64,000 nt of DNA. Origin: Octopus sinensis (lineage: Eukaryota). Location: contig NC_042999.1 in NCBI RefSeq assembly GCF_006345805.1, positions 49,414,001-49,478,000 of the forward strand. Direction: 5' to 3'. Below the pieces are notes generated by a model. That model did not search any database. It worked only from the letters and a program-made list of their open reading frames with translations, and was not told where the DNA came from. Positions 26,016-40,228 of the stretch are shown piece by piece. Within the stretch, counting starts at the first letter, position 1. Every line of letters begins with the position of its first letter. The translations under genes were made by a program, and so were the position numbers.

Positions 26016-26593
26016 TATACATTTGTATTTACATAGACAGATAGATAGATGGATAGATAGATCACTTTAACTGCTTCCGTCTCGACGATCAGGATTCCAT
26101 AATTCGACACACTACACTAGCGTACAATTAGTGACCAATCCACAGACACGCTACCCTTAATATAAATGTATGGCAAAATCAGTTTGAATCAGTATGTGAC
26201 AAGGTTCTGAATTTGATTTGCCGGTCAAACTATATGATGGCCTTCTAAAAAGCTACTTTGTTCACATTCTTATGTCATCATCGGCTTCGCTGGCCGAATC
26301 TTCGGAGTCACTATCAATACTTCTCTTATTACTGAATAATAAATACTAAATATATTCAGCTGTCCTTCAATTTAGTGTAAATATTTTTCATTATAGTATA
26401 AGTACGGAGCATTTTGTATGTGTTTATGATCTGAGTTCAAATTTCGCTGCGGTCGACTTTGCCTTTCAGGATCCATAATACAAATGTGCCCTGCGATTGA
26501 TGTAATCGGCTTATATCTCCCGCTAAATTGCCATCTATCTTCCAAAATTTAAAATAAATATATATGTATACATGTATGTGCGTATGTGTGTGC

Positions 26594-26861
26594 GTTAAGC
26601 AAAATAAGATAACAAGGCCCAGGCCATTTGATATTCCTACGACATTTATAAATGGAAAGGTGGTCTTACAGCTGTTTCAGGGATATAAATGATATCTCAA
26701 CATCAGATACGAGTTAAAAGAGCTGCAATAGAACTCTAATATTTCCTTCTATAGAAATTCTTTTAACTCTTTTTTCTCTGAAACAGCTGTAAGACCACCT
26801 TTCTATTTATAAATGTTCTAGGAATATCAAATTGCCTTGGCCTTATCTTATTTTGTTTAAC
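26594..26861. repeat. Fold-back inverted repeat, arms about 87 bp
   Basis: 26594-26680 pairs with 26778-26861. The arms carry GAAAC AGCT GTA; a degenerate hammerhead 5' half lies in the spacer on the minus strand. Confidence 0.9.
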
Positions 26862-29114
26862 ATATACACACTCACACACGAACTGCCTTAGATTCATCAC
26901 TCACATTATTATTGAGCCGGTAGCTTAAGACTGGTCCTTCCGTAGCACTTACATAGCCTTACCTGGCTTTTGTGTCTTCTGGATAACAAAACATCTCATA
27001 TTATATATATAGATATAGATATAGATATATAATTCATACGTATGTTTATATATGTATATATACATGGGTATATATAAATGTATATATGTATATACATGTA
27101 TATATAATATATATATATATGTATATATAATCTGTATATATGTGTGTGCATAATACGTATATACATACATGCGCACACATACACACACACACACACATGT
27201 ATATATTATGAACTACTTTCAGCATTTGTTTCTAAACTTACCACACAAACGTTGTGCTTTCTTTTCAGAAACAATATCATTTGTAAATAATTTAATAGTG
27301 ACCCATGAACTACCACGAGAAGATAATATATTAATTATTTGCTCATAAACGTCAAAGATTCACATATTTATTGTACTCTAGCTGAACTGATAATGTCAGA
27401 TATATTTGAATGTTTGCCCATAATCCTAAACTTTGCTTATACAGTCGATCCAAGTAGAAACCATGATAAATTCCTACACATTTCAAGATATCGAATACAA
27501 ATTGGACGATTTGTATTTTCATTATTTTTTCATTTAGATATTATTTTTATAAATGTTACTGCAGTGTTATAATTAAATGTAGCAATAGCACAATGCCGTA
27601 TGTTTTAATGGGAGAATACAACAATTAAATTGACCTTAGCACTTGATTGTTACTTTTATTATCGATCGCCGAAGAAGGAAACTAAATTCTGTCGGGATTT
27701 CAACTGGAAACTTTCAAACATGACTAGATTCTGAAATGCGCTTTGTCTGATGTAGCCCTGTTTTTGACTTATGCCTCCAATGTCTTCTCTAAATAGATAT
27801 GAATCGTTGTCTGGCATGGTGAATAGTAGAAATGCTCGAACCTCATATTGAATGTTATTACAGATTCTAGTTGCTGTATCTCTTTGTTTTGAGTTCAAAG
27901 GTAAATTTTACCTTTATCCTTTTGGAGTCGATGAAACAAATACTGGAATCGATATAATAGATAATTATGTGGACTGTATTGTATGAGAAAGTTTTACGCT
28001 GGTTCCAATAAAATATACATGGAGACAAGAACGTAGCAAATCTGTTGTACATACATCTAACCTCAGCAATTCATCTCATTCAAGCGAAGATTCTGTTATA
28101 GTTGTATGAATCTCAATCTATCTTAGATAACGAAGAAATGCTATGGAACTTTAATATGAATGTAGATTCTCACATACAAACGCGATAGCATTCACAACGG
28201 CTCATAGAACAATACTACTCCAATATTCAGTATAATGCTAAATGGCTATTGTTTCCGATTTTGAAAAAATGTCAGCAATTTTGAGAGAAGGTGATTATAA
28301 ATATCATTAAACCCAGTGCTCAACAGGTATTTTACTTTATGGATTCTGAAAGGTCAAAAGGCCAAGTTGACTTCGGTGAGTCCAAATGACAATAACGTTG
28401 CGCAAAGTTAGCGGAAAAGGTTAAAGAATTATACCAATGTAGTTTTGAATTAATATCATAGTATTTAACGAATCTATCATCCCATTTGAAACAGATACAA
28501 CTAGAATAATAATATTTCTGTGAGAGAATTATACACTTGATAATATGGATAGATGCAGGTATATTCCAGAAACTAGCATTTCTAGCAGTTGTAAACATCG
28601 TCATGTTCCATGTGTTTTAAACTGAACCTACTCGCTGCTGAGTGTAGATATATTACTAGAAATTATTGTGACGTGAGATTTAAAAGATATTATTATGCTG
28701 TTTTCCTGTTCTTTTACGGTTTATGTTGAATACAAACGGTTGTGAGTTTTCTATTAGCTTCCTATAATTTCCTTTTTCTTTCTTTATTTTGACACTAACA
28801 TATTCTTCTTGACAGATACGAGCAAAACATGAGTAAATACAAAAACCTAAACGTCCCGCCCTCTTACAATTCATCACAGCATGCTTACAAGTTATCATCT
28901 ACGTAGAGACTTGCAATAACTGGAATAACTAGATGAGTCGGATTTAGTTGTGCAATCGACTAGCTGCGTACTGTAGTTCTGCTTCATCAGAACTGACTTG
29001 GATTTAAGCAATAATAACAAGAATACATTTCTTTTCTCACAGAGCATCTAGTAATTTTGAACACCTTTGCGAATATGAACACGTTTTTCAAAATACTTCC
29101 ATGCAAGCCATATA

Positions 29115-29430
29115 GAATCTGATGAAGTACAACGATCTCGAAATCCAAATCTATTAGATACGGGGCATGAAACCTAAAATAACACCATTAGTCTGTGTAG
29201 CATTAGAGTTCATGAAGAAGACAATGGAAAAGTTTCACTACCTTATTTGGATAACATCAATATTTAACCGGTTAAGAAGCTCATGCTAAATCGAACACCT
29301 AACACCACAGAAAGTCCTGCCAAACAAATGACATCTTCCCTCAGACCTATAGTTTGAGCCTTACCCTACAGAAAACAAAACAGGAAGTAAAATAGAACAT
29401 GAACAATAATAATAATAATAATAATAATGA
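29115..29430 (+). mobile_element. Heavily decayed R4/Dong-like RLE C-terminus with downstream (AAT)n
   Basis: Frameshifted LMKYNDLEIQI...MKPKITPLVC.AL.FMKKTMEKF...KLML...RKVL; (AAT)n from about 29404. Confidence 0.55.
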
Positions 29431-30529
29431 TGATGATGTTTATGATGATGATAATGATGATGAGGATACCTTTATAGTCACACGTATGAACTGACAGCTA
29501 CATAATATCAAAAGAAAACATACATAGAAATCAATGACAACTGGCATGTGCAGGCAAAGTTTCTATTACAAGAAAATTATAGAGTACTAACTAAAATGAT
29601 TCTTTATGACGTTGACAAAGGGCACTTTAATCTGTATACCTCATCTCAGTTAGTAGTCAGGAATATCATTCCAAATTCTTCAAATTATCTGCAATAAACT
29701 ACTGAATGAGGGTTGTCGCTGTCTTTAAGTAACATTCATCTCTCTCTCTCTCTGTTTCTCTCTCTCTCTGTTTCTCTCTTCCTCTCTCTCTCTCTCTCTC
29801 TCTTTGTTTCTCTCTTTCTCTCTCTTTCCCTCTGTTTCTCTCTCTCTCTCTCTTTCTCACCCCCCCCTCTCTAATCGGTTAGCAATTTTCGTGCTGTTGT
29901 TCAATTCAGTCAGATCTTTCCCGAGACTATACAACAGCAATATATTTCCTTTCATATCAGCAATGTTATAGGACATGGAATGCAACGCAAATATTATACA
30001 CAATAAACGACATTACATAAGCGTATAACCTAATAAGGGAACGAGTATCGTCGATTTTATCGATTCCTTACGTAACTGGTACCTTACCTTTTGGGACCGG
30101 GAAGGATGAATGACAAAGTAGAACCTTAAGAGATTTGAACTGTGAATGTAACTTAGAAGTGCAAAGCAATGTGGCCGACGCTCTACTGACTCTGCCAATC
30201 CATTGCCTTCAGGAAACATTATCAAGATTTAGTACCAGTACTCCTACAATATAGAATATATTGACAAAATCATACCGACAAGTAAAGAACATCTAGCGCA
30301 TTTATAAATACCATGTTTAGCCAATACAAAGAAATAACAACGTTAGAGAAAGTACAGTATATTAAATCCTCGAAGATTATAGCACTTTTATCTGAACTAA
30401 AATCTTTCATCAAAACACAGCTTGCTCATAGACCATTTATAATGAAACGAGTAGTTCAAATGAAGGTTCATCTGGACATACATGTGTCACAGTTTGTTAC
30501 TTCAGCAACATACAACCCGCACAATTATT

Positions 30530-31825
30530 ACCTTTAAATGTACTAACATCCATAAACGCTTTAACGCATCTTCAACACACAAACCAGATTAAACACACTA
30601 ACACAGACAATCAATTCAAACAGGCCCCGAAAACGCAAGCACATAAATAGTAGCACAATCAATAACTTCGTTATTTCACTTGCTGCGCTGAAATGGAAAG
30701 CACCAGAAAAAAATTTAAAAAAAAAAAGAAAAAAGAAAAAACATCGGTGTTCCTCTCTGTCTCCAAAACAAGAAATTGCATGATCAAAAGACATACACAT
30801 TCTATATCATCTTTACTTGGTAGGCATACACTAAACGGCTGGTTAGTAGAAGAGGCGTTACTGCACAGGCAATCAAACGAGACCTTAAGAGATCTTGAAT
30901 TATAATCCTTAACATGGTAGAGAGGAAAATGTGTGTTTAGACCGTTGTATACTTCTTCCTTTTTTTCCTCCGTCTCCACAATCGTTTCTTCTGTCTTTTT
31001 CCTTTGCAAAGGGCAATGCGCTCTAATGTGGCCCTTTTGGCCACGTTTAAAACATCTTGGGATTCTGCCCTCCACCGACTCTCTCAACAGAATCTCTCCC
31101 AACGTCACCGTCTCCACCAAACTCTCCAATTGCCTCTCCTCTGCCTATATAATGAGGTCCAGTGTTTTTCTCTCCATCCTCCGTCCTCCGTTTCCGTGGC
31201 TTGGAGGACAGCCACCTTTCCTCACTTCCAACGAGGACGGCTGCCACAACCCAAGCCACTTCTATATCAGATGGAATTCCTTCTACCCTCACCTCAGAAG
31301 TCTTTCTTCCAAGGTACGTGGGTAGAAGTACTACTTCCTCCGTTGCACTCGCCAGCCTCTTTGCTCCCTCCGCTGTCCTAAACTGGACAACCACCGTCCC
31401 ATATCCATTTCCTTTCGCTATGTATGTCACTTCCATCGAAAGCCTCTTCAATGCTTTTTCTACTTTTTCCATCTCCATCCCCTCCACCATCCTACTCTCT
31501 ACTGAGTACACCTTATTGGTAATGGTCTTCTTTTCCATATTTTCCATAACCCTTTTCCTGTATAATCATACTCAGCTCCATCAGTCCGGCTAGGTCTACC
31601 TCTATTTTCTTCACCTCTGCACCTTCAGCAAAACTCTTTGCTCTTTTCAAATGCTCGTCCATTCTATTTACTGCCTTAACGAGCTCCTCCTCTGCTAAGG
31701 ACAGCTCATACTCGCTAAGGTCTGAATACATTGTCTCTGCCGGTATAACACCCGCTGCCAGGCAGCACAAAAGATCCGTCCGACTCGTCAAAAATCAACA
31801 CAGCGAATAGACCGACGCATGCGTG
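30530..31825 (-). mobile_element. ORF1-only L1/Tx1-type relic (HAL1-like), frameshifted gag-like ORF
   Basis: ORFs 31513-31791, 31047-31547 and 30671-31129 join into a charged N-terminus, an RRM-like segment (YGTVVVQF...VRVEGIP) and a zinc knuckle CFKRGQKGHIRAHC (second Cys changed to Arg). A T-rich tail follows; no ORF2 is seen. Confidence 0.7.
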
Positions 31826-31912
31826 GGAAGCAAGCTTCTTACCACGCAGCTATGCCTGCTGCGCCTATACATACATACATACATACATACATACATACAT
31901 ACATACATACAT

Positions 31913-31964
<52 letters not shown>

Positions 31965-32358
31965 ATAATATAATATAATAACATATAATTATATATAATA
32001 TATAATATATATATATGTATATATGTATATATATATATATACGTATGTATGTATGTATGTATGTAGGTATGTATGTATGATGATGATGGTCGCTCCCGAC
32101 GGTTTTGACGTATGAATGTTTGAAGAAGAGGACTCAAGCTTAAAGAGAGTAATAGAAAAGAATATGTTTATCCATATAGAGAGACACGTATTGATAGATG
32201 GATAGATAGATGTGAATGTGTATATTTTTATACACACACATACACGCACATACACACACGCCGCCCGCGCACACATTCACACACACGTATGTATATTGCC
32301 TATCAGAAAAACCTTAAAATATTAAGCTGTGTCCAAAATATGGTATGTGTGCACACAC

Positions 32359-32419
<61 letters not shown>

Positions 32420-33290
32420 TCCCACTCTCCCTCTGTGCGTGTGTTTTACGCTTGTATGAATGAGAGGTGGTGAGTGTGTGTGTTTGTGTGTGTGTGTGTG
32501 TGTGTGTCTGAGTGAGTGTCCTTTCTATTTCTATTTATATTCTGATTCAAATTTGCAAGCTCGGATAAAACTTTTATCTAATAAGTAGCCATACATGTAG
32601 ATCGTAAAATGCTTCTTTAGTTTTGTATGGCGGGAAGATATGTATGTATATATATATATATATATATTTAAAAAAAGACGGAGAGTCGCAAACCGCAAAA
32701 TATTCAATCGTCTCCTGTAACAGACCATCAGTAAATAACTCGAAATCCAGGAAGATTAAAGAATTTGCTTGCAAGTCTACAGAATTGAAACATTTATTTC
32801 TTTGGCAAAAATAAACAAGAAATAAATTGATAAAAGTAGGAATGGGGAAAGGAATCTGTGATCTTATTGATTTCTATCACCAATCTCTCGTTTTAACATT
32901 GCTTTTCTTATGCATCCCTCATTATTCTTCCGCAAATTCTCTCTTATATCTTTCTCTTCTACCCTTCCTTTGTCGTACTTTATATCTAACCTCTCTTTCG
33001 CTTTTTCTCAATCTCTCCCGCTAAATTTCTCTTCGTTATTAACTTTCTCTCGCTTTGTACGGCGTACCCACTGTTTCATATCCAGCCTATCTCTCAAGCT
33101 CTCTGATTATATCCAAGTTACTCTCATTCATAACACTTTGAGATATAATATTATTATTACATTCTTTCTCGTCTCCTTTTGCCTAGATAGACATTTACTT
33201 ATATATAGGGAACTCAATTCAGCGTATCAGTATGTGTCTACTAATATCAATGTAGGTATGTATTTGTATGTGTTTGTATATGCTTGCGAT

Positions 33291-33321
<31 letters not shown>

Positions 33322-33977
33322 CACACACACACACTCACACACCTTCATGTTATAAAATTAAAACGTGTACCTATATGGATCTAAATTATGAAAGGTATGT
33401 CTGTATATGTGAGCGTTTTTTTTTTATTATATTACATAAATATATCGTAAACTTTATACATTTTGTACATATTGTACCATTTATGAATGACAAATAGAGG
33501 CATACATTTGCATATATGCATATGGGTATATATATATAGGTATGTTTGCATACATATATAAGGGAAGGGTGCGAGTTAGCGCGCGCGTTTGTCTAGATAG
33601 ATATTCCATACGAGCGCGTTGATGATTCGATTTTCAGTATACAACTTGCGTTGGTAAACCATAAGTATGTTCTCTGAAACGCATTGACGAGAAAAATTTA
33701 CACAAATCCAAGAAAGTGAGCATCTTATGGAATTATGTAGGATATACTATTAACATAGTTGTGCGGAGATAGTTGAATGATTGTAAAGTTGGGTAATAAA
33801 GAATATATCTAATATAGGTATACCACATAAAGACACGCAAAAATATTCACACGTAAGCACACGGATTTATAGGGGTAGCTCACACACATGTACATTTTGC
33901 GCAGTCATCAAAACCATGCGTAGAGAGAATATAAATAGATTGCTTCATAACATGCGTATACATATATATGTTATATA

Positions 33978-34052
<75 letters not shown>

Positions 34053-34417
34053 TATATACATATATATATATAACATATATATATATAACATATATATATA
34101 ATATATATATAACATATATATAATTATTTATATATCATATAATAACATATATATATATATATATATATATTATACAGATGTGTTTATCTAACTATCTGTC
34201 TCTTAGTTAATCTATCCATGTAGCAATGGATACATATATTATATATTGTGGGGGGGAGTGTATGTATGTATATATATGTATATAATATATATATAATATA
34301 TTCTATATATTTATATATATATAGAGATAGATATATATTTACATAATACATATATATATATATTTATATATATATGAATCTATAAATATACATATATATA
34401 TATGAGTATATATATGC

Positions 34418-34473
<56 letters not shown>

Positions 34474-35009
34474 TAGATAGATAGAGAGCGAGATGGAATT
34501 TTAGAACACATATGAGCTTGTTAATCTGTATGCATTTAATAATGTATATGTGCATGGATGCATGTATGTAAGAACATCTTTGTGTCTAAATGTATGCATG
34601 CATGAATGAATCCATCCATATATATACATACACATGAAGAAAACAAAATTATTTAAGATACCGCAGCTGTTTCGTTTATGGCTTCAATAAACAAGAGAAA
34701 AGGGAACTTCATAGCAATTCGATAAAAAGCCTGTAGATATTCCAAATTAATGATCACCGTTCATTAAATTAAAAATACTATTCGATATTTTAAGCCACAG
34801 ACACCTGAATTGATTCATGTTTTGTCCAACATATCTTTCATAGGAAAAAGAAAAGAGCCTTTAATATTTAAATTTAACTTTTGCTTATTTTATGCCTTCT
34901 CCTCATCTATCCGCCTGTTAAGATTACAAAGTGTATGTTACTGAGCAAATATCATAGAATGTGTTTATGTTCTATCTGTGTTTGTATGTTATATATATAT
35001 ATATATATA

Positions 35010-35405
35010 TAGGCGCAGGTGTGGCTGTGTGGTAATTAGCTTGCTTACGAACCACATGGTTCTGGGTTCAGTCCCACTGCGTCTTCTACTATAGCCTCGG
35101 ACCGACCAAAACCTTGTGAGTCGATTTGGTAGACGGAAACTGAAAGAAGCCCGTCTTATATATGTATATATATATATATTTATATATGTATGTATGCGTA
35201 TATGTTTCTGTGTCTGTTTTTGCCTTCCCCAATATCGCTTGACAACCGATGGTGGTGTGTTTACGTCAGCGTAACTTAGCGTTTCGGCAAAAGAGACCGA
35301 TAGAAGAAGTAGTAGGCTTACGAAGAATAATTCCTGGGGTCGATTTGCTCGACTAAAGGCTGTGCTCCAGAATAGCCGCAGTCAAATGACTGAAACAAGT
35401 AAAAG
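35010..35405 (+). mobile_element. tRNA-headed CORE-like SINE family A with an internal microsatellite
   Basis: Head taggcgcaggtgtggctgtgtggtaa...gggttcagtccc; internal (TA)/(TG); tail ...gcagtcaaatgactgaaacaagtaaaag. Confidence 0.85.
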
Positions 35406-35614
35406 TGTAAAAGATTATACATATAGGCTGTATCCTTATACTCTTTACATTGAATTTGTGTGAAAAAGAGAAAAGGAACTACAGACACAATCGTTTCAAG
35501 TCTCGGAAATATATATATATAGTTCAGCAAAATTTAGATTCAAATGAATATGGTACTTAAGTTAGATGCACCAGAATTCTGTATGGTGTTATCCATATAA
35601 ATCCATGGGGTGAT

Positions 35615-35895
35615 TATAATCAAAATAAGCAACAAGAATAACTTCGGTAATTTGGTACGATCGTTTCGCACTACATCATTTTATTAAATGTTGTAAGTAT
35701 TACAACAGTTTTAAAATGCTGAGCACTCATCACTTGATATGAAAATTATGTATTAATGGAAAACCTCTATTAATGGCTGATGAGTGCTCAGCATTTTAAA
35801 ACTGGTGTAATACTTACAAGATTTCATAAAATGATGTAGTGCGAAACGATCGCACCACATTACCGAAGTTATTCTTGTTGCTTATTTTGATTATA
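35615..35895. repeat. Fold-back inverted repeat, arms about 118 bp, 45-bp spacer
   Basis: 35615-35732 pairs with 35778-35895. Confidence 0.95.
35771..35858 (+). ncRNA. Hammerhead motif with long stem II in the right arm of a fold-back element; cleavage triplet mutated
   Basis: taatgg CTGATGA gtgc...gtgc GAAAC GATC GCA cca. The left arm preserves GAAAC GATC GTA but lacks C3 of the core. Confidence 0.65.
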
Positions 35896-35924
35896 TATAT
35901 ATACATATATATATATTCAAAATG

Positions 35925-36130
35925 CGACCGCGTGTGTACCGTTGACGATTTTTCTCCATCTTCCCTTCTTTGGATCTTTCCTTTTCCTATGTTTCTGACG
36001 AAGAACTCCGCTCGAAACGTTAAACCCTCCTTCTTTCCTCCCTTCCTGAGCGTCCAATAATACTATATTTGTTCCACGTCCTCGCGTTGTTGTATTTTCT
36101 CTTTGTGTTTTCATGTTTTGATTAACTTTA
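35925..36130 (+). mobile_element. Penelope-like terminal repeat, family also at 10690-10890 (+) and 14832-14990 (-)
   Basis: Shared block cctgagcgtccaataatactatatttgttccacgtcctcgcgttgttg downstream of the hammerhead; each copy ends at (TA)n. Confidence 0.7.
35991..36025 (+). ncRNA. Minimal hammerhead ribozyme (same family as 14936-14970 and degenerate 10756-10790)
   Basis: gttt CTGACGA a gaac tcc gctc GAAAC GTT aaac; canonical core, one stem II mismatch. Confidence 0.7.
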
Positions 36131-37322
36131 TATATATATATATATATTAACACATATAGAGTTGTACATACTTCGATATCTGTATGATATTTCTCGACCG
36201 TCATCACCCCAGTTTAAAATTCATCGCGCAAACATAATTTCGTTATCTGTCTGGAAAGTGTTGGATTCCATCGATATCTTAGTGATTATCTCAATGGCAA
36301 TCGGTTACGACAAACGTGTTTTGTAAAGCTCAATTGTGATGGCACATTGAGAAATTTATTTAAATTTCATTAGTAGGCTTCAGGAATGGCCTTCTACTCT
36401 ATCATCTTAAAAATGTTAAAGATCACGGCATAGAAGTTTGAAATAATCAGAAGAATTATCTTTCCTAGACATGGGATTTTGGTTTCATGCTTCCATTGCT
36501 GTCGAAAAGTTTCGTAAATGTCATTTGCTAATTTTTATGCGTATGCTAATAATGTTATCGTATGTGCTACTCTGATGAATTTGCAAACCAATAAACTGTT
36601 TTTTTTTTGTTACATATGTCTGTGACCAAACATTTATTATACAGCTCTACAGGAATTTAAGCAGCAATATCAGAATAGCAAATGGTCGTTGTTTTATATG
36701 TGATGATAGAGCTGTCAGTGGAAAACAGTAAATATTTTAAAGAACTTGATGTTCTCGACAGTTCTTCGGAAATGTTTGATTAAAGTAGAGTTTTTGTGAC
36801 TAAAATTACAGAAATGTGCTGAATAAAAATTTTGTATTGAAATGATGGAGAAAGAATATCAGAATGTTTGTTCCTTCATATATAGCTACATATATTTGGT
36901 TTGTTTTCTTGTTTTCATGACTTTCGGGTTTTGGACGCTTTGCAGGGTTTTTTTAATTATTTTTTTTTTTTACTTGCACTATACGATCATGGCGTTTCAA
37001 GCCAACGTCTTTTGGCTCAGGGACGAAAAGTCCTAGGCTCAGAGACGAAGATTAGAAATATGAATTGATATATCAAGAATGATTTTGTCAACTACATTTT
37101 CGCTTCTTTCAGACGAATTGAATGAGAAGCAAAGTGAGGGATTAGCTATTAAGGTTTTAAATCTTGTAACGCGTAAAGGTCTAACATTCGGAGTATTCAA
37201 ATCATAAATAAATACATACATTATTGAGTTGCGACTGTAATGGAGGAAAAGTCAATAGAGTATGAATTCGAATTCAAATTAAAATTGTGCATCGATTTCC
37301 GAGATGAGGAATTATATTAATA

Positions 37323-37324
<2 letters not shown>

Positions 37325-37362
<38 letters not shown>

Positions 37363-37363
37363 A

Positions 37364-37401
<38 letters not shown>

Positions 37402-37742
37402 AATTATTATTATTATTATTATTGCCTTTGCACAGCTTCTAACGCTGGAGATGTATTACAGTGTCAGCTGTTCACTACCAGTGGACTAAGGTAACACCTC
37501 TTATTTTTCGAGCACCTTTCAGAGTATTCGAGCGGTTCCAAGCAGTGCTGTTTTCTGCAAGTGTTCCACCCTTATTGCAGTCCCTATCTGTTCCACGTAC
37601 TTCTGGAGACCTTTGCTCATTGTTCCCAGGGCTCCGACAATTATTGGTACTACCGCTACCTTTTCAGCAATTACAACTGCTTAACCTCCCAAGCTAACCT
37701 GTCATACCTCTCGACTTTTCTTTCCTCCTTATCGCATAGCTT
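37325..37742 (-). mobile_element. 5'-truncated R4/Dong-like RLE LINE 3' end with (AAT)n tail
   Basis: Translates as KVERYDRLAWEVKQL...VPIIVGALGTMSKGLQKYVEQIG...LQKTALLGTARIL*KVLEK*, then a short 3'UTR and (AAT)n at 37325-37423. Confidence 0.85.
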
Positions 37743-37768
37743 GTTGTCAGCTAGGCATGCTGACAAGA

Positions 37769-37990
37769 AGTCGCCCATGCATACCAGCCTTCCCTCTCCA
37801 TGTCATCCAAGGGAAAAGCAAAGGCCGATACAACACGGCACCACTGACATTGCAACTTATTTCTAGAGCTGAAGCAACGTGAAATAAAATGTCCTGCTCA
37901 AGAACAAAACGCACAGCCCGGTGCGAGTATCGGTCTCACTACCTCATGGTTTTGAGCCCGCTGTTCTAACCACTGAGCCATGCACCATCA
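37769..37990 (-). mobile_element. tRNA-headed SINE family B (tail part also at 18059-18262; head part at about 40415-40525)
   Basis: Minus-strand head tgatggtgcatggctcagtggttagaac...; the body agtcgcccatgcataccagcct...ccaagggaaa is shared with 18157-18262. Confidence 0.75.
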
Positions 37991-38936
37991 CAAAGAGTAT
38001 TACATTAAGTATTAAATACTTCACATTAAGTATCTGATACTGGTATATACAGGGCTGCTCAAAAGTAGGCTTGCAGTTATCACGTAGGTACTTTAAATTT
38101 CTTTTAAAACATTTTATTACATTCAAATTTCTATCTTACAATTAACTAAATCAGCATAGAATAATGGTTTCACCTTTTTGTTTTATAATTAAGATCTAAA
38201 CTGTTAATATATGAATGCGAAAGAGATAGTTGGGTCACCATGTATTTTGGTTAAAGCGTTAATTTTAAATTAAGATATAAATTTTCATCTAATTCTGCCT
38301 CTGGTTATCGTTGAATTCACCATAGCTTGGACTGTTTTTCCTGCCGCCATGTTTAGAAACTAGTTTATATTCACCTTGTTAGAAATGCCAGTGAAATCTC
38401 CATCACATTACAACCGGCCACAATAAAAACGGAATACATTTATCATTCACTCGCTAGCATCCGTAATGTCACGGTTATATATTGAACAATTGCTTGATCA
38501 TATCTTACATGGAGTTAAACATGAAAAACGGTTAGTACTGTCTCAAAGTATATATTTATTAAACTAGGATTAATCTATTAATCCTTCCATATCTCATATT
38601 CCGCTGCAAAGATTTCCTTTCAAGCCGCGTTACGCTAATTATTAATTATAATGTCCACCATCATTGTAATCATACCGTCAGATAGTGGAATACACACAAA
38701 GAGAACATTAATGTATTTACTTTTATGTAAAGAATCCACTTATTACAATAAATGAAATGTATTTGTTTGATTTTCTTGCCACAGCTGGTATTTACAAGCT
38801 TATGCTTTCATTTATCAACTGGAAGTGTTCACAGATTGTCATTACCTGTCCACCTATATTTATTGATATATGAGTGCTCGCGCATGTACGTGTACGTCTG
38901 TGCACGCGCATGTGTGTGTGTGCGCGTACGTTTGTA

Positions 38937-38980
<44 letters not shown>

Positions 38981-39933
38981 TGTGTGTTTAAGCGTGTGCT
39001 TTGCGTGTATGCTTCCCATATGTATTTTCAAAGATTTCTGAAAAATGAGTTATATGATAGTAGAAGACAAGAAGTATAAACGTATTTAAACTTGATTTTC
39101 ATTTGTTATGTGTAGATAATTTTATTGCCAGGCAATATAGACTCTTTGATATTGCGTTAAATAAAAAAAATAGATAGATATCTACGACTATAAAATGAAT
39201 TATATATTATCTTAACGTGAACAATTACACTGAATGAGGAAATCGCATTACAGTTAAAAAGAAGTGTATAGACCATATTTTAAGATGACATAAAAATGTC
39301 GGAACAGAACTAATAACAAAAGCCATGGTGAGGAGTAAGATGACAGTGGTTGTGGTGGTGGTGGTTGTGGTGGTGGTGGTGGTGGTGGTGATGGTGGTGG
39401 AGGAGGAGGAAGAAGAAGAGGAGGAGGAGGAGGAGTAAGATGACAGTGATAGTGGTGCCGGTGCGGTGGTAGTGGGGATGCTGATGGTGGTTGTGAAGGC
39501 GGTGGTGATGGTTTATTTAATTCGTTGAAAAAAAAATCATTAATTCGTTGAAAAAAAATCATTAGAATGCTTTCGTAAAATGTGAAATTTGCCATGATAC
39601 AAGTATTCTGACCCGTGTCCAAAATATTGTATAACAGCAAATAACCCTGGCTTTTATAAACAGAATTAAAGTGAAGATAATAGAAGGAAGATGAAATAGA
39701 ATGGAAATACATTCTTTGTTGAGATAATCTAATTTGTAATATACGAAAGGGAGTGGAAAGCTGACACAGCTGTTGGATTCTCACTTCAAAATGTTCAATC
39801 TAGATCATTCGCATGTATCGAATACTAAAATAGTGAGCTCTGTAAAACTTTTCAAATATTAATAAGCTCGTGCTCAATGTGTAATGTCAGTACAAATGTT
39901 TCGGTCAAATCTCTTCGCCAGAGGAAGAGAGAA

Positions 39934-40228
39934 ATTCTTTGTAAACCCAGTACTTATTCTATCGGTCTCTTTTCCCGAACCGCTAAGTTACGGGGACATA
40001 AACACACCAGCATCGGTTGTCAAACAATGCTAGGGGAACAGACACAGACACACAAACATACACACACACATATGTATGTATACATATTTACGATGGGCTT
40101 CTTTTGTGTTTCCGTCTACCAAATCCACTCACAAGGCTTTGGTCGGTCCGAGGCTATAGTAGAAGACACTTGCCCAAGGTGCCACGCAGTGGGACTGAAC
40201 CCGGAACCATGTGGTTGGTAAGCAAGCT
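39934..40228 (-). mobile_element. SINE family A copy
   Basis: Contains the CORE-like cacttgcccaaggtgccac; matches 4871-5233. Confidence 0.85.

Noticed and set aside
29119-29150. CTGATGA...GAAA resembling a hammerhead
   Set aside because: No stem II, stem III or NUH site; it coincides with the codons LMKYNDLEI of the RLE relic.
38046-38075. TA-CAGGGCTGCTCAAAAGTAGG, a Tc1/mariner-like TIR start
   Set aside because: No matching second TIR or transposase was found.
39254-39784. Proline-rich 176-aa ORF
   Set aside because: Produced by (GGT)n/(GGA)n triplets with a local ~100-bp duplication; no domain or splice support.
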